A stretch of 17,471 bases of DNA, from positions 1 to 17,471 of the forward strand of contig JAEOTB010000021.1 of assembly GCA_016840065.1 (NCBI GenBank). The letters are read 5' to 3'. Positions 1 through 8,456 of this stretch are shown here, one piece after another (within the stretch, counting starts at the first letter, position 1; each line of letters begins with the position of its first letter). This stretch comes from Candidatus Hermodarchaeota archaeon (GTDB lineage: Archaea > Asgardarchaeota > Hermodarchaeia > Hermodarchaeales > Hermodarchaeaceae). The notes under the pieces are model-generated. The model searched no databases, was not told the origin of the DNA, and saw only the letters and a program-made list of their open reading frames with translations. The position numbers and the translations under genes are program-made.

Positions 1-2
1 GT

Positions 3-740
3 GAAAGTGAAAGCCGTGCCCTTAACAACGCTGGGACTTATTGTCTAGCCGTAGAACAATTACCAGAAGCACTAGAGTATTTTCGGAAAGCTGACGCAAT
101 TGCTTTTGAATTGACCCACAGAGAGCTCCAAGCCCTCATCTCCATGAATATTGGTTCAGTCTATCAGAAGATGAAACAATTCGAGGAGGCACTAACGTAC
201 ATTCAGAAAGCTCTACAAATCTTTAAAGAACTCGATGATTCGGACAATGAAATTCTAGCCATTCTGGATATGGGTTCTGTACACCGGGACATGAACGAGT
301 TCCCGAAAGCCCTTGAATTCTTCAGACAGGGTCTTGGGAAAGCACGTTCAAGTGGTCAACGATTCTTCGAAGGAATGGCGCTAAACTACATTGCTTACAC
401 ATACCGATTGATGAAGCAATATGAGGAATCCCTAGACTCCTACCAAGAGGTGTTGCTTATCATGAGAGAAATAGGTAATCAATTGTATGAAGGCGTCGCA
501 TTATTCAGTATGGGAATAGTTTATCAACAAATGAGTCAACCTTTGAAAGCATTGGAGTGTTTGGAGCATTCAATCGAGGTTGATCCAAAAAGTGTACTGA
601 GATGGCTCAGTAAAGGTGAGGTGTTAGAGGAGTTGGGGCGATACGAAGAAGCAGTTACGAGTTTTCATCGCGTACTTAAAATTGCACCTAATAACGAGCA
701 AGCCCAGGAAGCCCTGCAACGACTCCAAGGACTCTTATAA
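3..740 (+). CDS. TPR protein 1 (5' partial, runs off the window edge)
   Basis: Frame is open from nt 3 (ESESRALNNAGTYCLAVEQLPEALEYFRKA...). Five ~40-aa TPR units, then a 34-aa TPR (RWLSKGEVLEELGRYEEAVTSFHRVLKIAPNN) and a capping helix. Confidence 0.9.
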   Translation, partial: ESESRALNNAGTYCLAVEQLPEALEYFRKADAIAFELTHRELQALISMNIGSVYQKMKQFEEALTYIQKALQIFKELDDSDNEILAILDMGSVHRDMNEFPKALEFFRQGLGKARSSGQRFFEGMALNYIAYTYRLMKQYEESLDSYQEVLLIMREIGNQLYEGVALFSMGIVYQQMSQPLKALECLEHSIEVDPKSVLRWLSKGEVLEELGRYEEAVTSFHRVLKIAPNNEQAQEALQRLQGLL

Positions 741-782
741 TTCCTTAATGCGATGCTCTTTGGATTTCAAACTAATACTATT

Positions 783-845
783 CGCCTTGAGCTGTGAAAG
801 GGCTGAAACTATCACAGAATGGGCTTTTAGACCCCTTTCAGGGCG
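783..845. terminator. Imperfect hairpin between convergent genes (possible terminator or structured 3' UTR)
   Basis: TGAAAGGG (795-802) pairs with CCCTTTCA (833-840); outer CGCC/GGCG and inner CTGAAA/TTTTAG pairings. Confidence 0.35.
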
Positions 846-874
846 CTCTATCGAAGAAGGAATCAACCGTCACT

Positions 875-2491
875 CTAGGTCGGAGAAGAGATGTCTTTGG
901 GGTGGAGGTGTTGATGGCAGTGGGGGCAGATCTCTCGGAGCTCCAGCCATTTCAGCAGGTGAACACGGTGGGCGAACTGGTCACAATGAGGACACCTGAC
1001 TGAATCTTCTAGTAGTTCGATGATTCCAAAGCACACAATACAGCGGTGTAAGGGTTGATTACAGACTAGACACGAAGTCGCTTCTAATGGAATTCCTTGA
1101 CCACAGTTCGGACACATCACCTCTCGTGAAGTAAAACCTGAAGCGTCTAATACTTCTACCGCGCTCTCGTCTAGACTCGGAATCGCCTCTTCAATGCGGT
1201 CAACAAGTTTCTCTTGTCTCTTAGTATGTACGAGGTGTTTAGTGGTCCACCAACCACGGCTTTCCCCCAATGCCCGTGCTACGGCTTTTTCAAAACCTTT
1301 CCTATCTAGGATTTGAGTGAGGAATGTGGCCGCGTGAGTTCCTCCAAGCTTTCCTAGGGCTTGAATACCTGACAACCAGCAGGACTTGTGGGTTTCACGT
1401 TGAAGAACGTTGATGATAGGCTCAACTGCTCTTCTATCTCCAAGGGCCCCCAAAACCTGAATTATTTTAGTTTGATACACCCAGGTTTGTTCTCGTTGTA
1501 GGGTATGAGCATGGTCGAGTGGTTCTATTACTCGTTCATCAGCAAGTTTTTCTAAATCATCTATTGCTGCGACTCTAACAAAATGTGAAAAGTCTTGGAG
1601 GAGGTGGAGAAGCGGTTCCACTGCCCTTGGATCTCCTATTCTTCCCAATGCAATCGCCGCGGATATTCGAACATAGCGGTTTTCGTCACTAAGTGTTTGG
1701 ATAAGCGCCTCCACAGCTTCTGAATCTCTGGTCCACCCTAATGCAGTTGCGGCAAAAACCCGAATTAAGATTCCATCATCGCGGAGTTTTTGGACAAGAG
1801 GTTTAACTACTGGCTCTCCTATCTCTCCAATTCCCTTAAGCACCTGTTCTATAGATATCCATTCATGTCGAAACTTTCCCATAATGTGCCCTTCAATTCG
1901 AAGCCTTCCTCCCCTAATGTACCATTCACCTCGAAAACCCCTAACAAATCGACGCTGTGCTCTTGAAATGTGATGCCATTTAACTAATACCTGTAAAATT
2001 TCATCAAGCATCCATTCCAAGGTGGTTCCAAGGATTTTCAGTGCTGCCGAATCCCCAAGTCGATGAATTGCTCTTGCAGCTTGGACACGTGTAAGAGGGG
2101 TGTTATGTTTCAAAGCTTCTACAATGTGCTTCATTATTTTCACTCGATGTTTTGGTGTTGATTCGGCAATTTTCTGGAGTGCAAAAACAGCTGCGGCACA
2201 TACGGAGTCAAAATTCTCATGCTTCAAAATAAATAATAAAGGATTTATTGCCTTTGAACCCCCTAGATGTCCTAGAGAGTGAATAGCCTTTCTTTGTATA
2301 TATACATCTTCGTCGTGAAGTGTCTGGATAAGTGGACCCACCGCTGCTTTGTCTGCTAGCTGTCCAAGTCTCTCAGCTATTAGGGCTCGTATCCCACGGT
2401 ACGTATCAGGATCCCGTAGCCTTTGACTCAGTTCATCAATGTTACCCTCCTTGAGATGTTGTTTCAGCTCATTAGTAACTAATGGGTTCAT
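875..2491 (-). CDS. HEAT (PBS-lyase-like) repeat protein with C-terminal zinc ribbon and RING finger; putative E3 ubiquitin ligase
   Basis: Repeats such as 'DENRYVRISAAIALGRIGDPRAVEPLLHLL'. C-terminus has CPNC-x10-CLVC, then C-x2-C-x12-C-x2-C-x4-H-x2-H-x3-W-x6-CPHC. ATG at 2491 follows GGAG; the ORF extends to 2518. Confidence 0.85.
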   Translation of the reverse strand: MNPLVTNELKQHLKEGNIDELSQRLRDPDTYRGIRALIAERLGQLADKAAVGPLIQTLHDEDVYIQRKAIHSLGHLGGSKAINPLLFILKHENFDSVCAAAVFALQKIAESTPKHRVKIMKHIVEALKHNTPLTRVQAARAIHRLGDSAALKILGTTLEWMLDEILQVLVKWHHISRAQRRFVRGFRGEWYIRGGRLRIEGHIMGKFRHEWISIEQVLKGIGEIGEPVVKPLVQKLRDDGILIRVFAATALGWTRDSEAVEALIQTLSDENRYVRISAAIALGRIGDPRAVEPLLHLLQDFSHFVRVAAIDDLEKLADERVIEPLDHAHTLQREQTWVYQTKIIQVLGALGDRRAVEPIINVLQRETHKSCWLSGIQALGKLGGTHAATFLTQILDRKGFEKAVARALGESRGWWTTKHLVHTKRQEKLVDRIEEAIPSLDESAVEVLDASGFTSREVMCPNCGQGIPLEATSCLVCNQPLHRCIVCFGIIELLEDSVRCPHCDQFAHRVHLLKWLELREICPHCHQHLHPKDISSPT

Positions 2492-2574
2492 TGAAAACTC
2501 TCCATATTGTACGCACATTATTGCTATCTAAGCTTGGTTCGCAGTTGTGGAGTACCATCCTCTTGAACTCCATC

Positions 2575-2655
2575 TCATTTGTGAGTTGTGATGTCCTAGG
2601 AACTAAAGTGTTGATGGTAGTGGGGATAACCCCGTCTTAGCTCCAACCGATTCAT
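2575..2655 (-). pseudogene. Decayed remnant of the C-terminal half of a RING domain
   Basis: Ungapped match to 875-955 at offset 1700 (34/47 nt over 2608-2654). Translates MNRLELRRGYPHYHQHFSS*DITTHK* versus LKWLELREICPHCHQHLHPKDISSPT*. Confidence 0.75.
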
Positions 2656-2857
2656 TTGTTACAGTTCCATTTCGCCTCAACCATATATCCTTCTTTTATT
2701 ATCAACATATGGATATATAATTAGGCTTCTCCATTGTAGAAGAAAGACAACAAGAAGGTTCTAAGTCACGGGTGTTCTAGACCTATTCAGTAACCTATTT
2801 CTACGAGATTACCTGACCCTAAGCGATAGTTGAACCTTCTAACTGGAGGATTGTCTT

Positions 2858-3775
2858 TTGAAGCTTGGATTAGTCACACATGCTGAATCAGTAGAAAAAC
2901 GCGCATTTACGGATCTTATCCAAGGATTGGATCTGAAGCCACCGACAATCATCAAACCGAACTGGGGCTTCTCCGTCGTGTTCACCGAAGCGATGGTCCT
3001 GGACTGGGTCCTGTCAGCGCTAGATGGTGAAGTCCTGGTTGTGGAGAGCTATGGCTGGGCACGCTGCAAGCAAGCCGTCGAGGAGGGGCTCTTTGGCTCA
3101 TTCGAGCCTGATGACCTACGGGCGAGTGACCAATGGTTCCTGGAATACTCGGGTATAGGGGACGTCCTGGCCAAGCATGATGTGGAGTTTCTGAACATCA
3201 CTGAGGAGGTCTGGGCGGGGCGCATCGCGGACCCCGCTGTCATCAAGCAGGGAGTGGAGGAGCTGTTTCCGGGAGTGCGCAGTGAGGAGATGTACGCCTT
3301 TGTTCCATCACGCTTGTATGAGCTACGGGGTGGTTCCTTCCTGAGCTTGGCCAAGCTCAAGTTCATGCCCCCTGAGACCCTTCATCCCATGATTGGGATT
3401 TCCCTGTCGATTAAGAACCTTTTCGGGATGCTCCCTGGACCAAGGAGGGGCAAGTTCCACGGGAAGGAGAACAGCCTGATGAACCTGAGCATCGTAGACA
3501 TAAACAAAATCTATCGTTCCCTCTTTACTGTCAAAGGGGTTGTCGAAGCTATTCAGACCGCTTCGAGAGGGATGAGTCTGGAGCCTGTGATTTTCGAGAA
3601 TCCCGGTCTAGCCTGGGCGTGTGCGGATACCGTGGAACTTGATGCGACGGTGGCCGCCCATGTTGGGCTTGAGCCATTGGAAGTAGACCACATAAGGCTC
3701 GCTGCAGAGTGTTTCGGGAAATGGAGCAAGGAAGGTGTAGCTTTTGCCCGCGATAACGCATTATCAACTTCTTAA
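2858..3775 (+). CDS. DUF362 domain-containing protein
   Basis: Motifs IIKPN, VVES, LAKLK, SLSIKNLFG and KFH, plus a C-terminal D-x-V-x-L-D. GGAGGA precedes the TTG start. Confidence 0.8.
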   Translation: MKLGLVTHAESVEKRAFTDLIQGLDLKPPTIIKPNWGFSVVFTEAMVLDWVLSALDGEVLVVESYGWARCKQAVEEGLFGSFEPDDLRASDQWFLEYSGIGDVLAKHDVEFLNITEEVWAGRIADPAVIKQGVEELFPGVRSEEMYAFVPSRLYELRGGSFLSLAKLKFMPPETLHPMIGISLSIKNLFGMLPGPRRGKFHGKENSLMNLSIVDINKIYRSLFTVKGVVEAIQTASRGMSLEPVIFENPGLAWACADTVELDATVAAHVGLEPLEVDHIRLAAECFGKWSKEGVAFARDNALSTS

Positions 3776-3792
3776 CGGTTTGATACACCTGT

Positions 3793-4545
3793 ATGTTCAA
3801 GGAGATCCAGCCTTTGACGAAAATGACAATTGATGATGATGTAGCCCCTCTTTACTCCGAGGGCAAGGACCTCTTAATGAAATTCAAACAGGCCGACCGT
3901 GGTGGGAAACGCGAGTTAATCGAGTCGGTCTGGAAACTGCTCTCCAAGCTCTCCGACGCTGCCCGGGGCTGTCACAGGGAGGGGCGGCTAGAGAGCGCCT
4001 ACGCCCTCTACAAGCTCGTTTTAATGTATTCAAGGGTTCTTGTGGACAAATATAGTGAGGGGCAGCACCTGAACAACCTGGGAATGGTGTGCCGGGCAAT
4101 GAAGCGGTATGACGAAGCGCTCAAGCATTTCTCTAAGGCACTCAAGATTGCCAAGGCCATGGACTCTAAGCGAGAAGAAGCGGCTGTCCTCGGCAACTTG
4201 GGTCTTGTATATCTCAAGCTGGAGCAGCACCAGGAGGCCCTCGACCATCTCCAACAAGCGCTCCAAATGATTCAGGGGCGAGGGAATACCCGTGGTGAGG
4301 CAATCGTCCTACATAACATTGGTGATGTCCATTACCAAATGCAGAGATATCAGGAGGCGCTCGAATATTTCGAGAAGGCGCTGACCCTCAATCCGAACCA
4401 GTTTGCGAGCTGGTACCTAAAGGGTTGTGTTCAGGAAGAGGTAGGGAATCTAGCTGAGGCGAAGGCAGCCTATCAACGCACCTTGGCTCTGAACCCAAGT
4501 CATGCTGAGGCAAAAGAGGCACTCAGACGGCTTGAAACAGCCTGA
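3793..4545 (+). CDS. TPR protein 2 (shared N-terminal module + TPRs)
   Basis: 40-aa units EGQHLNNLG, EAAVLGNLG and EAIVLHNIG, then a 34-aa TPR and cap. The true start may be ATG 3823. Confidence 0.9.
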   Translation: MFKEIQPLTKMTIDDDVAPLYSEGKDLLMKFKQADRGGKRELIESVWKLLSKLSDAARGCHREGRLESAYALYKLVLMYSRVLVDKYSEGQHLNNLGMVCRAMKRYDEALKHFSKALKIAKAMDSKREEAAVLGNLGLVYLKLEQHQEALDHLQQALQMIQGRGNTRGEAIVLHNIGDVHYQMQRYQEALEYFEKALTLNPNQFASWYLKGCVQEEVGNLAEAKAAYQRTLALNPSHAEAKEALRRLETA

Positions 4546-4546
4546 C

Positions 4547-4583
4547 CGAGTCCCTTATGAGGATGACGTCCTGATATTCACCT
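4547..4583 (+). repeat. 37-bp dispersed repeat, copy 1 (directly upstream of TPR protein 3)
   Basis: cgagtcccttatgaggatgacgtcctgatattcacct; 33/37 identical to 7554-7590. Confidence 0.85.
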
Positions 4584-4590
4584 ATTAGGG

Positions 4591-5502
4591 ATGGAATCGA
4601 TGACCACCATAAGTAATCAAGAAATCAAGCAGCTCTTGATTAGGGGTAGAGCGCTTCTCGAGGCGTTCTGGCAGAGCGACAAGTCGGGGAAGCAGTTTCT
4701 TGCCCCACAGGTGGAGGAACTCGCTGGGAAGGTCAGTCACAAGGCATCGCTCTGCGAGAACCGTTACCTGATGCAGCACGCCTATGACCTCGCTTTCCTA
4801 CTCCTGGCTTGTTACAAAGCACTTGGGAACCAACGTGCTGAATTCCTCCAGCTCCACCACATCGGTGACTTATACCGGAAACTGCGTCGATACGCTGAAT
4901 CCTTTGACTTTCTCCAACAAGCGCTGGCCAAGATCCGAGGGGGGATTTGGATCATTGAGGATGGGCAGCCACGGTTTGAAGCAGAAAACCCCCTCTGGGA
5001 AGCTATCGTCCTTAACTCCCTCGGGCTGACCTACCTGGAATGGGGTAAGCTAGAGGAGGCACAGGACCACTTTGAGCAATCGCTTCCTCTTCGCCAAAGA
5101 GTAGGAGATCGACGCGGTGAAGGCACAACCCTTCACAACCTGGGCAGGATGTACCGGGTAAAGCAGCAGTACCAGAAGGCTCTTGAGTTCTTCGAGCAGG
5201 CCCTGAAACTCCAGAAGAAGCATGGCTCTCGCCTAGAGCAAGGCATCACCCTTAGCTACCTAGGTCGCTCATACTGGGAATTGGGGAAGCTGAAGAAGGC
5301 AACCAAACTCTACAAACAGGCACTTAAGATACTTCAAGAGGTGGAGTACCCAGACCTAACCCACCTGTTGCTCAAGGGTGAAGCCTTGGCAGCACTTGGA
5401 CGCCGAGAGGAAGCCATCGCAAGCTACCGCCACGTCCTAACCATTGATTCCAAATTCCAGGAGGTTCGAGAGGCATTAAAGCAGCTAGGAATCGACACCT
5501 AG
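4591..5502 (+). CDS. TPR protein 3 (shared N-terminal module + TPRs)
   Basis: Units EFLQLHHIG, EAIVLNSLG, EGTTLHNLG and QGITLSYLG; terminal TPR and cap 'VREALKQLGI'. Confidence 0.9.
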   Translation: MESMTTISNQEIKQLLIRGRALLEAFWQSDKSGKQFLAPQVEELAGKVSHKASLCENRYLMQHAYDLAFLLLACYKALGNQRAEFLQLHHIGDLYRKLRRYAESFDFLQQALAKIRGGIWIIEDGQPRFEAENPLWEAIVLNSLGLTYLEWGKLEEAQDHFEQSLPLRQRVGDRRGEGTTLHNLGRMYRVKQQYQKALEFFEQALKLQKKHGSRLEQGITLSYLGRSYWELGKLKKATKLYKQALKILQEVEYPDLTHLLLKGEALAALGRREEAIASYRHVLTIDSKFQEVREALKQLGIDT

Positions 5503-5596
5503 ATTCTCTTCGTAGATGCAATTGGATGTTCTAATGCTAGTGTCAGTCAAGCGTCTTGAAGTCCCAGAATGATTAGGCGGTAGATGCAGGTTGCAA

Positions 5597-7234
5597 CTAG
5601 TTTTCTTCATGAGACTTCTTCTGCTTCTTCAATATCGTGATAGCGATTAGAAAGGAGACTCCGCAGAACACTGATAGAGAGACGATTAGGCCCAAATTAG
5701 CTCCATTCCATGGTATGGTTGGCGTGGTTGACGTAGAATCCCCTAGTATGGAGATTTCGATTTCCGTTGAGGGACCGTGTCCGTAAGACGAGGCCTTGAC
5801 AACATTGGGAGTCTGGTTCTGCATGTAGCTTGTGATGAGGTACGCCACATCCGCTGATAAACCGGTGAATGTATCGGTGACCGTGGTATTTGTTTCATCG
5901 TGTAAGCTCTGGTATGTGTGCCAGCCATGTGCATCGTGCAGGGCAAGAGAGACACCTATCGTGTGATTTGAGGTCTTCTTGATTTGGACTGTGAAAGTAT
6001 CAGGTGGAGATAGTAATTTGTGGATATGGATGCCGTAATATCGAAGGGAAATCGTATCATTGAGAAGGGAAGGATCGTTGACGGTGTCGTACTGGCTGAT
6101 TCGGGCATCTAGTCCTTCGAAGCCGTAGAGGTTGTCACCGAATCCCAGCTCATCAATCGTGACTGCTGTGATCCAGTTCAAGTAGAGTTCGTTGAATGTG
6201 ATGTCGTTGCCTGCTGCTTGCAAAACAGCTTCAACGCCATAGGCCCCATCTGTAGGTTCGGTTATCAGGTTTCGGAGTATATCTATACCGTAGTGCTCTG
6301 CTATGTAGAAGGTAAAAAGGTAGGCTCCACCATAATCGATGGTCATGGGCAACTCTGGGCTGCCAAACATATTCCAGTATAAGAGGGAATCTTCGGGATG
6401 CTGTAGAAAGTCGGGTACCCAAGGTACGATGTTATCATGGGGTGCGAGGTACCCTGCATAATATTCAGCATACTGTGATAATCCCTCTAAGAGGTAATGT
6501 GGTTCATCCCACTCGTTGTTGAACCAGATGAGATGTTGAAACTCATGGGCGACATACGGCAGCCAGGTCCTGTAGTAGAGGTAGACCATTTCACACATGT
6601 TAGAGTATGGCAGGTCCAGTTCGTTTCTTTCAGAATAGTAATTAGCGCTGCGGGAAAGCAAGATTACGATGTGAGGATCGCCGTCGATATCACCTAAGGA
6701 TCCGTCTGGGTGCCCGGATAGATCTGTGACTCGTGGATAGATCACGCTATCAAACTCGTCCCGAATCCCCTCCGCCTGCTGAGTAGCAGCTGTTTCCCCT
6801 AGCTCTGTTATGCAGCTGTGTTCCATGAACACATAGCCGTGCGTCCCTACCGCGAGCAGCGTTGCGTTGATTTCATTGAAGAGTTGGTTGTTGAAATCCC
6901 AGACCCAGAAGCTGCGCTGATGACCAACCTGCAAATCCCTACGCGGATAATGGTCATGATTCATTCCAGAAGTCAGGGGCGTGGCATCTTGCACATCATG
7001 ACTTGGATGCTTCAGGAGCGGGCATATTTCAGGGCGCCTTGGTACGTTTGTATTACCAAGGTCTTGATGGAGCTCATACGAAGGCGCATCAAGGCTTGTA
7101 TCTAGAAAGAAGCCAACGGTGAGTACCGCTGCGATAAACACGAAGAGCAGACAAAGCGAAACGACTATCCTCCCCTTACCTCCATGTCTAGCAGGAGTCA
7201 CTGCAAAACCTGAACTCCAACGGCGCGAAGTCAA
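5597..7234 (-). CDS. Secreted, membrane-anchored zinc metallopeptidase (M30/hyicolysin-like gluzincin)
   Basis: N-terminal hydrophobic helix, GDIDGDPHIVILL, AHEFQH (HEXXH), downstream LLEGLSQYAE and DYG motif. Thr-rich linker, C-terminal TM helix and KKQKK. GAGGTG lies 8 nt before the TTG. Confidence 0.8.
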   Translation of the reverse strand: MTSRRWSSGFAVTPARHGGKGRIVVSLCLLFVFIAAVLTVGFFLDTSLDAPSYELHQDLGNTNVPRRPEICPLLKHPSHDVQDATPLTSGMNHDHYPRRDLQVGHQRSFWVWDFNNQLFNEINATLLAVGTHGYVFMEHSCITELGETAATQQAEGIRDEFDSVIYPRVTDLSGHPDGSLGDIDGDPHIVILLSRSANYYSERNELDLPYSNMCEMVYLYYRTWLPYVAHEFQHLIWFNNEWDEPHYLLEGLSQYAEYYAGYLAPHDNIVPWVPDFLQHPEDSLLYWNMFGSPELPMTIDYGGAYLFTFYIAEHYGIDILRNLITEPTDGAYGVEAVLQAAGNDITFNELYLNWITAVTIDELGFGDNLYGFEGLDARISQYDTVNDPSLLNDTISLRYYGIHIHKLLSPPDTFTVQIKKTSNHTIGVSLALHDAHGWHTYQSLHDETNTTVTDTFTGLSADVAYLITSYMQNQTPNVVKASSYGHGPSTEIEISILGDSTSTTPTIPWNGANLGLIVSLSVFCGVSFLIAITILKKQKKSHEEN

Positions 7235-7355
7235 ACATGTTACACCTCAAACGATGACCAAGTTACACCTACAAAGTCAGTTGGAGTAAGACGGCTGGAA
7301 CACCTATTATCCTATGTAATAGAACGCCTTGTTCAACAGAATAGAACAATGATTC

Positions 7356-7480
7356 CCCAAAACACACAATGCACCGTTGTACAGGCTTGCTAAACGCAGG
7401 ACCAGACGCTATCCCTTTGGTAATCACCTCGCCACACTCTATGTATTTCGCATCTCAGTGAATTGAACAATTCTCCATAT
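7356..7480 (-). pseudogene. Decayed remnant of a HEAT-RING paralog (start region + zinc ribbon + first RING Cys pair)
   Basis: 7445-7356 translates YIECGEVITKGIASGPAFSKPVQRCIVCFG, which aligns without gaps to CPNCGQGIPLEATSCLVCNQPLHRCIVCFG. 7462-7480 matches the RBS/start region 2490-2507 (17/19 with one gap), with ATG changed to ATT. Confidence 0.75.
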
Positions 7481-7553
7481 GGAAAACAGCCTGTACAGCA
7501 TATTTTTTTCTTAGAATTCGATCCCTTATATTTCAAGTTCGAAGCTTTTTGCT

Positions 7554-7590
7554 CGAGTCCCTTACGAGGTTGACGCCCTGATGTTCACCT
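7554..7590 (+). repeat. 37-bp dispersed repeat, copy 2 (no + strand gene follows)
   Basis: cgagtcccttacgaggttgacgccctgatgttcacct; 33/37 identical to 4547-4583. Confidence 0.85.
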
Positions 7591-7601
7591 GACTTCCTTT
7601 T

Positions 7602-8456
7602 TTAGTCGATGATGAGACCTCGTGAGTACTTGAGTGGTGGTTGTTTGGGTTCGCCGTGAACATCAGGGTCCCAGTAAAGTTCATCACAAAAGCTCCCGGA
7701 GAAGAGGGTTTGCGTTCTCCTCCCTCGCAGATGTTTGAATCGATAGCGCCCGACTGTCATTCCTAAATAGCAGGTGGCATAATACCCGAGCTCAGGGTCA
7801 TCCACATCCTTGAGGGACTCGTAAATAACACAGCGGTCAAACTTGGCCAAGAACTTGCTCTCATCGAAGTGGGCGATGGCGAAGGAGAAGCCACCATCGG
7901 TGGAGGAGGACTTGATGAAACTTTCTCGAAACTGTTGAAATGTGATCGTAACCGGTGCTCGTTTCGCTTGTTCTTCCCCAAGATAGTTCACGAACGCCTT
8001 GTACGTTTGGATAGCAGACTCTCTCCCTAGCACGTCAACCAAGGCTTTGATGGCGTTGTATTGGAGCAGATTATCTCCACGGTTGAAGTTTAGGTAGGAT
8101 ACAACGGCTTTTCCTGTTTCCTTGTCGTAGGTGTCGAGAGGTCCCAGATGATTCAAGAGAAAATTGAATGCCTTATCCCTCAGGGTCAAGTTTTTCTGGA
8201 GGTGGGGGAAGTGCTCCGTGATTTCCTCACGGTTGACAATATGGGATGCGGCTTCAGCTGGGGAGGTGTCGGGCAAGAGGCTGAGGCGGTGGATGAGTCG
8301 TTCAACGAACTGGTCGAGAATCGCGGGTTCTTGGAGCTTCAAGGCCTCCAGCATTGTGTCAAGGCGGTAGCACACCTTGAAGAAATATTGGTGTACATCG
8401 AATTCCTTTGTCGCTTTTGGGTCATAACCCTTGTACACCTCATACTCGGAACTCAT
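7602..8456 (-). CDS. L-2-amino-thiazoline-4-carboxylic acid (ATC) hydrolase-like family protein with N-terminal extension
   Basis: C-terminal 'FDRCVIYESLK...LGYYATC...RRTQTLFSGSFCDELYW' fits the three-Cys / RTxTLxxGxxCD pattern of this family. Confidence 0.65.
   Translation of the reverse strand: MSSEYEVYKGYDPKATKEFDVHQYFFKVCYRLDTMLEALKLQEPAILDQFVERLIHRLSLLPDTSPAEAASHIVNREEITEHFPHLQKNLTLRDKAFNFLLNHLGPLDTYDKETGKAVVSYLNFNRGDNLLQYNAIKALVDVLGRESAIQTYKAFVNYLGEEQAKRAPVTITFQQFRESFIKSSSTDGGFSFAIAHFDESKFLAKFDRCVIYESLKDVDDPELGYYATCYLGMTVGRYRFKHLRGRRTQTLFSGSFCDELYWDPDVHGEPKQPPLKYSRGLIID

Noticed and set aside
783-845. SECIS or riboswitch interpretation of the intergenic hairpin
   Set aside because: No in-frame TGA selenoprotein candidate nearby, and it lies between convergent 3' ends.
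682-1003. ORFs 682-999 and 794-1003, and other short overlapping ORFs in the track (e.g. 3049-3366, 8148-8555, 11387-11743, 12079-12504, 13501-13785)
   Set aside because: Antisense or out-of-frame shadows of well-supported genes, with no recognisable motifs.
4542-4570. Hammerhead-like CTGA..GA-GTCC...GGAT string (and CGAAAC at 14656)
   Set aside because: The complete CUGANGA/GAAA core with stems I and III is missing.
5575-5595. Minus-strand CNLHLPP just after the peptidase stop resembles the RING tail CHQHLHP, which would mean the peptidase was inserted into the RING fossil
   Set aside because: Only 7 codons with weak nucleotide identity; indistinguishable from chance.
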